Shown: positions 24,747 to 36,700 of the stretch, one piece after another | Layout: the number at the start of each line of letters is the position of its first letter | Numbering within the stretch: position 1 is the stretch's first letter | NCBI GenBank assembly: GCA_049724395.1 | Contig: JAUGWO010000058.1 | Coordinates: 1-64,000 of the forward strand | Direction: 5' to 3' | DNA: 64,000 nucleotides | DNA from: Spongospora subterranea f. sp. subterranea | Lineage: Eukaryota | The notes under the pieces: model-generated | Databases searched by the model: none | Told to the model about the DNA's origin: nothing | What the model saw: only the letters and a program-made list of their open reading frames with translations | Position numbers and translations under genes: made by a program

Positions 24747-27700
24747 ATGGATCTGGACATCGCCCCGCCAATCCTCGATCGGCGCGTCAGCACACGCCAG
24801 GCCAGCGTCGTCGACGTTCTCGGCTCGATCGAGCAGGCCAGGAAGGGCGCCGGCAATCACCCGCCGATCGGGATCAAGCCCGATCCCGTTCGATCGGCGC
24901 CGCCAAAGAAATCGGTGGACTCCGTTGGCGACGTGTCCAGCTCCACACGGGGCGTCGTCGTATCCTCTGATCTTCTCGATCGATGGCGATCGGAGGGCCC
25001 ATCGTCCAAGTTCAAGTCGAACGAGCAGCTGCACCGTCTTCAGATGCTCTCCCGATACGTCCCCAGAGCCGTCTCCTTGCCGATATTGGTGTCGGGTATG
25101 CACGTATCGGGCAGCGCCTCGTCGTCGGACGCGGTTCGAAGCCCGTTCTTCGGCATCGTTCTGCTCTCCGACATATCCGGGTTCACACAACTGGCCGCCG
25201 ATCTCGCCAAAGGTCTCAGGAACCAGGCCGGGCCGGACGACGCCGCCTCAGGGGTCCACCTGAAGCCCTCCGACATGTCGTCGTCGGCGGTCCAGGTCGA
25301 CTCGATGCAGAAGACGGGCGGGGAGCGCCTGGCCTCGATCCTCAACACCGTCTTCTCCAGGTTCATCGACATCGTCCGCAAATACGGCGGCGACGTGACC
25401 AAGTTCGCCGGCGACGCCCTGCTGTCGGTGTTCCGCCCGGAAAGCGCATCGAACGCCGATATGCTGGCGTGTGGCCTGAACGCCACGCGAGCCGCGTTGG
25501 AGATGCAGGAAGGGATGCAATCGCTGAGGGATATCGGTATCAATCTGGGTCTACACTCGGGATTATCGGCCGGGAAACTCCACGAGCTGCACTTTGGCGG
25601 GTTCGAGAGCCGCTGGGAATACATGTTCGCCGGACAGCCGATATTCGAGATGGGCCGGGCCTTGGAGGCGGCCGTTCGGGGCGAGGTCGTCATGCAGGCC
25701 TCGGTCTACGAGCTGATCAAGGGGCATTGCCAGGTCCAGCAGCGGGACGACGACCTGTTCCTGCTGGAGGCGATCACGGCCGACGTCCCGACCGTGTTCG
25801 ACTCGGTCCCCGACCTGATCCAGTATCTGTCGCACAGCCGCAGCTGTCGCACGATCGAGACGGCGCTGGCGTGCTACCTGCCGCGGTCGGTGATTCTGGC
25901 GCTGAACGCTGGGAAACAGGGACTGATTGGGGAACGGCGTCAAGTCACCATGGTCTTCATCAATCTCCCCGATTTTCACTACGACACCGATCCGCAGATC
26001 CAGTCGAATCAGCGGTCGTTCCGCGCGATCCAGCAGGAACTGCACAGGTTCGACGGGACCCTTCGCCAGCTGATTCAGGACGATAAGGGGACGGTGGCGA
26101 TCGCCGCCTTCGGCCTGCCGTATAACTCGCACGATGACGACCCGGTTCGGGCGATCCAGGCGTCGTTGACCATCCAGACGTTGCTGACCGAGATGGGAAT
26201 GAGAACGGTCAGCAACCTCGCACACACCATCACACCTCCGATCGTTGTCCACCGCCTTAAACCGGGTCGTGTTTTTTGTTGTGTCTCCAGGGAATCGGCG
26301 TCACAACCGGCGGGGCGTTCTGCGGGTCCGTTGGGGACGAGACCCGATGCGAATACGCGATCGTCGGCGATATCGGTGAATCTGAGCGCTCGATTGATGG
26401 TGGCGTCGCATAACGGCCTGCTGTGCGATGGCGATACGCACAAGGCGGTCTATTCACGAGGACGATCGGAGTGGATCGATTTCGAGAAGATGGACCCGAT
26501 TAAAGTGAAAGGGCGCCAGGGCATTGTCCAAGTGTTTCGGCCAACGCCCAGTATTCGCCAGCAGACCCTAGACCGACCGTTCACGTTGATGCTAGGGCGG
26601 AAAGCCGAGATCGACCTGGCCAGGACGATGTTCGCCGAGATCTGGCGACGTCATCAGCAGTGCGGCAACGTCCCCGCCCTGGCCGCCGATAAACCGCATG
26701 CGTCGTCGGCGGCCGCCAAGTCGATCATGCTGATCGAGGGCGATAGCGGTATGGGGAAGACGCGTCTGGTCCAGGATATCTGGGAAATGGCCCAGGAATA
26801 CCAGTACCAGACGTTCCATTTCGCGGCCAATCGCATGTTGGACAGCGTTAACATGATCATGTGGACGAGCGTATTACAGTGTATGGTCGTGGCGTTGTGT
26901 CCTCAGGGGACCGACTCAAAGCTCCCGTTCGCCGCCTTGCTGGCGTCGTCGCCCCATGTCCAGCGCCTGGACGCGCACGATATCGACGCCCTGGTCGGCA
27001 TCGCCGGCTCCACGAAGCGCCAACACCCGGCCAACGCCCATGGGCCGCCGCCCCGCCCTTACCATAGGAAACTGCAGTCGAAGCTGATGACGACGTCGGC
27101 GACCAGATCGCGTAGTCGGGCGATACTACACCTGATGAAGATCATCATCGATGTTCGTGGACCGATCTGTATGGTTGTCGAGAACCTTCGTGATCTGGAC
27201 GCGATGTCGTCGGCCCATCTCGACTATATCTGTAAGAGACTCCCCAGGAACACGATCGTGTTCCTGACGGCGCGCCCGATCCCGCCCACCTACGAGACGA
27301 GCGCGTTGGAGGTGGACCTGACCGACCTCCCCTACTTCGTCAAGGTCAAACTGGCGCCGTTGTCGCGACGTGAGATCGAGGCGCTGCTCTGCCTGCGATT
27401 GCACATGCCACAACTGCCCGAATCGCTGCTCGACACGGTCCACAAATCCAGCGAGGGCAACCCGTATCTGGTGGTGGCGCTGGCGACCGGTCTGGACGAG
27501 GCCAACATCCCTGGCGAGCGGTTCACAGAGACGGCCCACGCCATCGTCCAGCACATGCTGGAGCAGATCATCACGAGCCACATCGATGGGCTGTCGCCAT
27601 CGCAACAGGAGGTCCTGAAATGTGCCAGCGTGATCGGGGTCGTGTTCACGCTGGAGCTGCTCCAGGCGATCTGTTCGTACGGCAACGAGCGGCTGATGGA

Positions 27701-30700
27701 GAACCTGGTCAGTCTGGAGGCGAACGACTTCATCATCACGATCGCCAACCTGCCCAAGACGACCTACGCCTTTCGCCAGCCGTTGATGCAGGCCACCGTC
27801 TACGAGCTCCTGTCCAAGAACGATTCCTCGATCTATCACAACCTGATCGTGGACGAGCTCGAGCGATACCAACAGGATCGATTGCTGACCGGGCGCCTGG
27901 AGTCGATCCCGGCCACGTCATCGGAACTCGCCCACCATTACCAATGCGCTGGCCGACTACATCACGCCATTCAGTAAAACACACACAATCGCCATCGCCA
28001 TCGTTTTTGTCCCGGGTCTGATCGATCCGAATCGCGTCGCAGGTACTATCGATTGGCGGGCGAGGCGGCGTTCTCGTTGGGGGATTTCCTGCACGCGTCG
28101 CTGTACTCGGGTAAGGGCCTGGCCCTGCTGGAGGAGTTCGCCCCCGAGGACCGGTTCGAGATCGCCAAGCTCCAGCGATCGATCGCCAAATCGCTGATGG
28201 AGAACTACGAGATGGTCCGGTGTCGATCGTTCGTCGAACGGGCGCTGCTGAACCTGGATTCCGAGATCCCTTCGGCGACGCAAGCCCGGTTCTTCCGGCG
28301 ATGGAGTCTGATCGCGTCCCTGCAATGCGGCGTTCCAACGCAATGTCGCACGATCCGCCCGCTATCGGACACGATGGAGAAACTGATCCTGGAGCGCGCC
28401 AAGTGCTTCAACATGCTGAGCATATTCGCCATCGACCTGGGCAACGGGTCGCTGGCGCTGAACGCGGCCGCCAAGGCCATGGAGTGGGCCGAGATCTGTG
28501 GATCGGTGGAGCAGCGGATCTACAGCATGTCCCATATCATGATGGGCGGATTGACCAACGGCAATCTCCAGATCGCCAACAAGTTCTACAAGAGGACACA
28601 GCACGAACTGGAGCTGGCCGAGAACGGTTCTGGCAGTCTCCACATTCGGGGATATATCTATGTTCGACTGGCCCAGGTGGCGTTCGCCTGTTTCGGCGAT
28701 TCGATCAAGGCCCAGCAGTTCCTGCAGTCGGCCAGCGATCTGTTCACGACCGTGAACAGCCCCCACCACATCATTCGCACGCTCGACCAGCTGGCCAGCG
28801 TCTGGATCTGCCTGGGGATGATCGGGGAATCGGGCGAGATCATCCAGAGCCTGGAGAAGGTGTCCAACTGGTGCTCGTACAGCTGGGGCCAGCGTCGCGC
28901 CGTCATCCTCCTGGTCATGAGCCGCATGCTGGTCGGCGACACGATCAGCTCGGTCCCGGCCTTCGACGACAACGATATCGGCGATGACCTGCGATCGCAG
29001 GTCCAGTGGAAATCGTGTCGAATGGTGTCGGATTGGTACCAGGGCCGGGTCGACGAGGCGATCAGCCAGGCGGCCTACATCACCACGATCTCGACCGGCG
29101 TCGCCTACGATGCGCTGAACGCGATCTCGTACGCCGCCCAGGTCGCCATCCTTCATTATCGCGATCTGATCGAGAACGCCAGCGATATCGAGATCCAGCA
29201 AGGATACGACCTCTGCACCACCTGTGTCATGACGTTGACCACGTTCGCCCGGCGCATCCCGCTGGCGCGTTCCCGATTGCTCATCGTTCAGGGTCTGTTC
29301 AACATCAGTCGCGATCCGAATTCGGCACCGCGCGCGACGGAATTGTGGCAAGAGGCGTTGGGGCCGGCGGGGGCGATGGGGCTGTTATACGAACAGGCGA
29401 TGGCGCATCGATTGATCGGGACGTTCGGCGAGAGGAAGCGGACGACGGGACGGCGACGGTTCTGTGAACCGCCGGCGAACGGGGAGATCGACCGCGATAT
29501 GAGGGCGTGGCATCTGGCGCAATACACATCGATCACGAAGGACAACGGGTTCGTCGTGATCCTGTTGCCGCCGTTGAAGGATCGGTTCGTCTACGAGCTC
29601 GAGTCGGACGACGATATCTTGGACCGGACGGCGACCGATCGCGATCTGCGATTGTTCGGGTATCGGCGATCGAATCAGGTCCCGATGGCGGACATGATCG
29701 AGGACAACCCGTTGGCGTTGAACGGCGCCACCGTCCTCCAATCGGACGTGTCGATCCTGTGCGGTCTGAACACGGCCGAGGAGCTGATCGGGCGCGATGA
29801 ACATCTGGCCACGTTGTTCGACACGTTCCGGCTCGTTCCTCGTCCGACGGAGCCGATCGTTCTCTTTGGCCAAACGGGAATCGGCAAATCGGTAATCGAT
29901 CGCCAATCACCCGATCGCCGCCATAGGTCCACTGATCTGTTCTTGTTCGTCAACAACAGGCGCTAGCGAGGCGGTTCGTGAGTTTGGCGTCGCGCGAAGA
30001 CCAGTCAATGAAGGTGTTCACGATGTATGGCGAGTCGTCCTATCGCCCGCAGACCTACCTGCCCGTCGTCCGCGTCCTCAGGAAGATGATCTGCGAGTTC
30101 GGCCGGTGCCTGAACGTGTCGACCGTGTCGGCGATCATGCTGATCCTGTTCGAGCGCATCGCCGAATATCGCGTGTTTCGCAACGCCATCACCCACCTGA
30201 TCTATTCCTCCCATGGAATGCAGGACCCGTCCATCCGCCTTCTGTCGGAGGTGTCGCGATCCCAGGTCTTGGCCGCCATCTTCGTCCAGCTGATCCGCAC
30301 GATCGCGCGCCAGTTCCCGATCTGCCTCATATTCGAGGACCTGCAGTGGCTGGATTCGGGGACCTGGCACGTTCTCAGCATGATGGCCGCCGACCCCATC
30401 GTCGACGCCTTCATTCTCTGCACGGTCGAGACGTCCTCCCAGACCGGCGCCGAGATCGTCACCCAGTACCCGCAATCCACGTTCTTCCTCAACGATCGCA
30501 CGCGCTGGCTGCGATTGCAGCCGTTGGATCGCGCCGCCCTGTCGATCCTGGCGTGTAAGGTGCTGAAGGTGACGCGATTGACGTCGCGTCTCGAGATACT
30601 GCTGACCGATAAGTCGAGGGGGAACCCGTTATCGGCGCTACAGATCATGTCGTGTCTACAGGAAGATCACCTGCTGATGGTGGCGGGCGGCGGTGCCGAT

Positions 30701-33700
30701 CTCGCCGCCGACGTCGTCGACGTCCTGTTCGCCATCTCCGGGTCGTCGTCGGACCTGTCGCTGAAGCGCTTGGCCCTGCTGACCAAGTCGCAGACGAAAC
30801 TGTTGCGATTGGCGAGCGTGATCGGGGTCTCGTTCCCATACCACGTCCTGCGAATGCTCTCGTCGCAATATATGGACACGACGACGTTCAAGGCCGAGCT
30901 GGTCGTCCTCAAGAATCGCGGCTGGCTTCTCCTGGCCAACATGCGATCGAACTCGCCCCGCATATCGTTCCCGCATTCGTCGACGCGCGAGGACATCTAT
31001 CGATCGCTGAACGAGAACCTGAGGCGGAAGCTGCACCTGGCGGTGGCCGAATATTACGAGACCGGGTCGAACGGGAGCGCCTATATGGTCCCGTTGGTCG
31101 CCAAACACTATCGCCAGAGCCACGTCTTCTCCCTCGACCGCAAGTACAACCTGTTGGCCGGCGACCAGTTCTACTACATCTTCATGAAGGACGACGCCGT
31201 CGACGCGTACCAGCACGTGATGGAGGGGCAGGAAGTCAGCCCGACAACACGATTGGCGCGATCACAGCTATTGTGTCAGATCGGCAATCTCCATCTCATG
31301 TCCGAGGACAATGTCGAGGCCAAAAACGGAATCTGTTGGCCGCATTGGTAATTCACATGTCCCTTTCACCCCATTTGTCTGTGTTCCGCCTTTGTTTTCC
31401 ATCGGGTTTTGACAAACTCTGAGAAATCCTGAACCAACAACTCCTCTGATCAAGATCTGTATTGTGATTGACAGGTGGAGCTGGGAGCGCCATATCCATC
31501 CGGGAATAACGCCCTGGGATTCATCACCGAGCTGTACCAGATCCAGATGCGCTTCTGGGTCTCGTTGCGCCGTCGTCACATGATGTTGCCCGAATCCGGT
31601 CTCGAGGGCGCCATCCTGGACGCGCTCTCCAGGACCTATCGCAACGTTGGCGAGAAAAAACAGGCGCAATGGTGTGCTGTGCGATCGCTGTTGGCGTCGC
31701 CAACCTCGTCGGCCGACGATCTCGTACTGAGATACGTCTGGTTCATCCAGTCCTGTAATGAGATCGGATCGGAGAACGCCCCGTCGATGGATTTCGCCGA
31801 TATTCACGCGCGACGCCTGATCCCCAGCGTGGCCGATCTGCGAACGCTGGCGATGGCGCTGGAGATCCTGGCGAAATCGGCGGCGATCTGCGGGTATTGG
31901 CGTCTGGCGATCGTGATGTGGCAGGAGGCGCTGGTCCTATTCAAGGAGTTCCTGTTCGACTGTTCGACGGCGATCGCCATCGAGCAGCACCTGGGGGCGG
32001 TCTACAGCTTGACCGGCGATCTCGCCCAGTCCAATGCGGTCTTCGATCGCGCGCTGCGATCGACCAAGCTGGTGCAACATCTGAACACGCCGACGATCAA
32101 TCGTAGCTGGATATTGCTGGCGCTGAATCAGGTCTCGTCGCTGCCCGAACAGCCGGACGCAACGACGGCGTCGACGTTGGAGCGGGACCTGTCGCAGGCG
32201 CTGAATACGCCATCGATGACGATCCCCAATAATCATGTGCTGCTGAAGGCGTTGGAGGCGGCGATCGCCTATCGAAAAGGGGAATACGCCAGAGCATTTC
32301 ATGTGGGGACAGACCACACTCGCGATCGTGTGTGTTCTGATCCAGATTGATCTGACGATCTGTTCTAGTCGGCCGTTGAGCTTCGAAAGAACCTATCGTG
32401 GTTGACGGTGCGGCTGGTCGGGGCTGGGGAGATCCCGGCCCAGGTCCTGGTCTCGCTATTGCTGCGATGTCGCGACAACGACGGGTTCGAGATCGAGGAT
32501 ATCGGGATCCCGAAGAAGACGTTGATGACGGAGGCGGAGGAGGCCATTAAACTGCTCCACAAGACCTCATCCCATATCGCCTTCATCAGTAAGCGATCGG
32601 TCGTTCCGGTCCCGCCATCGCCCTCGCTGATTCCCCTGTCCCAAACCTCGTTCAGAACCGTTATTTCTGCTGTGGCACGGCGCCTTCCTGTGGTGTCGAT
32701 CATATCCATGGATCGATATCGTTCACATGCTGCGACTCGCTCAGAGGTCGGCGATATTCTACACGATTCCATCAGCGGAGGCCAAAGCCAACATGTTCCT
32801 CGCCGAGATATTCGCCGAGAAATCGCGAACCAAACCGAAATCGCTGCAATGCGCGAGAAGGGCGTTGCAGATCTTCAACGAGATCGGCGATCGAGTTCAC
32901 CTGGACCGAGTTCGTGTGCGATTCCCCGAGGCGATCCAGAGCCGGAACGAGGACGAGACGGTGGAGGAGCGGCAACGCCTGCTGATCGACCAGCACGAGA
33001 CGAACGAGAAGACGGCGCATCACGCCACCCGCCTGGCGTCGATCTACAAGGCGATCCAGGAGCGACTGCCCGAGCTGCGGGATCGGGTGACGAAGGTGTT
33101 CGATGGCGCCATGGAGCCGGGCGGGGAATCCCCAGAGATATCGCTGATCATGCAGGCGCCGTTAGCCGACGAGGAGATGATCGCCGTTCCCCAACCGTCA
33201 TCGCATCATCTCGACCATCCACAACGCGAATCACGTCATTCGCTGACGACGCGTCCGTCGCCCAATCCATATCACGACCCGGTAATAGCGATATCCGATT
33301 GTGTGCTGTTTCGGTGGCGAGAGCTGATCGTTGGGGGGTGCAGGAGGCGGATGGGGATCCCGACGCGAAAGAGGACGAATCAGATCAATGCCCCGGTTCC
33401 GATTCCGACGACGGATACGAGATGGATCAGGCGCGACCGATACCGATCGTGGAGGACGACAAGGAGGTCGATGGGCAACAACAACAACTGCAATCGTCGG
33501 TGATATCGACACTATATGTTCACGGGATCGGTCTGATCGGATCGTTGGCCGCTCCGGTCGCCAACAAGCGGGGTCACGACGTGAACGGGGGGTCGTTCGC
33601 CGAGCTGATCCCACGACCGGTTGTATTGGGGTCGATCTGTCGACCCGATACCACCAATGATGGGTCGATGTGCCATATGGATTCGTCCAATATTTTGGCC

Positions 33701-36700
33701 TGTACCGAGTCGTTCATCACCTGGTTAGAGATTTGAACACACACGAAATGCCCTTCATCTCGCTAAACACGATCATCGGTTCATCGTTCCGTTCAGGGCC
33801 GTTATCCAGAGCATCACCATTGTGGATCGATCGGCGCCGATATCGAAACAAGGGGCGATATCGGCCTATAAATCCCTGTTCGATATCCTGGTTGGGCAGG
33901 TGAAGCTCTATGAGGGCGCCATCCTTGAGCTATCGTCCAATCGCCTGCTGTTGATATGGGATATGTCGCCGACCCTCAACCAATCCCGAATATGTTCTCA
34001 GGTCCATCATCGCCATCATCGTTCGTCGTCGTCTGATCTCTCTCTCGTCTTTAGTCGGTCTCGTGCGCGTTCAGTATGATCCAGGCGATCGCCGCCCAGC
34101 AATTGGACACACTGTTCGACTGTTTCTGGTCGTTATCGTGTGGCGATATCCTCCTGATCACCACATCCGGTGCCGAATCCTATCGAGGGTATATGGGATT
34201 CGGTCCCGCTCTAATCGAGGTGATTTCCATCGCGCGATCGCCATTTCTCAGCCCCGTTCGATCGTCGACCGTTTGTTTTGGCACAGGCGTTCCAGATCGA
34301 GGAAGGGTTCGACGATGGGCGCGTTGTCATCCACAAGAACATGCTGAAACTGCTTCGGGTGTGTGGGCGAGTTGACGTCAGACGCGAGGTCGACGACAAG
34401 AAATACGCCATCATCCAAGGGTTCAACGCGAACACCATCGAATCGCACGTCAACGGGACACTGCAGTTGATCAGCTTCATCCACCAATACAATGTCGACG
34501 AACGCGGTCCGTTCACCGCATCCGAGTTCGCCAAACACAGGTAATTCCCCCCGGCCCTGGTCGATATCGCCCCCGTTTCCCCCAAACCGTATCTGAACCG
34601 CCGCCGCCGCCGTTTTCAGACATCCTGCTCTGCCGGTCGCGTCCGCTCTCACCCATCCCGACCTGTATCTGTCCGAAGACTGTCTCGACATCACGATCGT
34701 GTGCATCCGGTGCGATGTTCCCCACGTCCCCGCCCAGGCCGACAACGTCATCGCGACCTTCGCCTTCGAGATCCACACGGTCCGCTTGTCGGAGCCGTCC
34801 TGCGTGTTCGCATCGTTATCGTCAACGGGGACCAAGATCACGGCGGTTGTGGCATTTGAGGCCATCGCCTCCAGGATCGCCTTCCTCTTCGCCTTCCGAA
34901 TTCGGTTCAGTATCGGACAGCGATTCGGCACCGAATGCAGTATTGGGATCGCGACGGGATTGTGCCGATTTCATCGAATTGAGCCGTTGGGCGACACGAT
35001 CATGTCAGTTCATCATCGCTCGTTTCGATCGGTTTTTGCTGAGACCGCCGCCCCGTTTCAGCGTTGGAGATGCGATGAAGAACGGGCGACATGCGCTATC
35101 GTTGGCGGCCGATAATATATTGATTGACGAAGACACGCAGGACGCGTTCGAGGAGATGATCGTATCGCACGATCACGATCAGCAATCGAATATGAAGGCG
35201 CTGCGCGTGCACTTCGTGCTGGAGTCGCTGAAACTGGGGGTGTCGTTCCAATGGACGACGAGCGTGGTGCTGTGCGGGCGAGCACAGCAGCGAATACTGC
35301 TGGAGGACGCCATCATATCGAGTATCAAGGGCCATAAATATCGGGGACATGTCATGGTCATCAATGGACCGAAAGGGATCGGCAAGACGACATTACTCAC
35401 CAATCTGTTGATCGTCGCCTCAAACCTCATCGACAGCACACAACGCAAGGCGTCAATGTAAGGGCGCCGTCCTCGTTTCCCCCCCCCGATATCATTCGCT
35501 GGTTCTGATCGATCGTCGCCGTGTCGGTTTAGTTTATCGTGTTTCGGGAAGCGATTATACGGCGGCGAGAAAGGCGATGGATCAGCGATGCGGGTTCTGA
35601 TGAAGCAGTTGTTAGCTCCTGTGGCCGCCTCATTAGGAGGGATATCTCAACTACGGGCGAAATACGTCGCCACGATCAACAAGCTCGCCCCGAAACTCGC
35701 CCAGGAGCTGTGGCTGGTCAACGGCCTGTGCGGTCTGGGATTCGACCGCAACCCGGGGACCAATGTCGCCAACCTGATCGGGGAGACGGTCCCCAGCCTT
35801 CACAGGAAATCGGCCCAGATCATGACCATGTTGATCGGGATGATCATCCCTCAATCGCACCAGATCCTCATCATCATCGACGACATCGATCACTTGGACA
35901 AACTGTAACAAACACCACCGGATCTAATGGGATTTCGTGGCGAACAACGTTGCTCGTTGTTGACGTCGAGTTCTGTTTTCAGGTCGGTGATCTGTCTCGA
36001 GGAAATCCTGGTCCATATTCCGTCAACGGTCCTGATCATGTCGGAATCGGACTCGTCGCACGACAAGATGGAGATCTTCGCCAGCCGATCTCAACACGAA
36101 TCGGTCGCGATCCCGTTGCTGTCGCCGGACGACTCGGTCCTGTTGGCGTCGTTATCGTTGGCCGGCGCCAAACCCACGCCCGAATACGTCGCGTTCGTGG
36201 GGAAATTGGGCTCAGGCCAACCAGGGAAGCTATCGTCGGTCGCCCATTGTGCCAGCCGGTTGTGTCGCCTTAGCCGGCGCGTTCTCGAGAGCAACACCCG
36301 CGACTCGTAAGACGACCTGAGTCGTTGGTGAATTCCCCGATTGACCATCGAATCAACAGGAATGATCGTATCGATCGAATAATGGCGAACGAATTAACAT
36401 CAGCTCAATCATCGGTTCTGGCGATTTGTAGTGTTTGCGGCGTCAAATTCGAGTACTCGGTCCTGTTAGCTGTATTATCGTTGATCAAACAGGATCCCAA
36501 CGTAATATTATCGCTCCCGTTTTTCCCCTCGTTATACCATATCGGTCTGAATCGCGCGCGGGCTCAGAACGATAACGGCAACATCCCATCGACCGCCGAA
36601 CAGATCGAGTCGTATATCGACGTGTTCGTCAAACACACCCAGCTCCTTTGCGAAGTGCCCAGTTCCGATTGTGGGTGTCCGATCGTGAAACCATCGGAAC

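Noticed and set aside
24925..36273. Many long overlapping alternative-frame and antisense ORFs in the cyclase gene
   Set aside because: Expected shadow ORFs of GC-rich coding DNA; Arg/Pro/Gly-rich with no domains.
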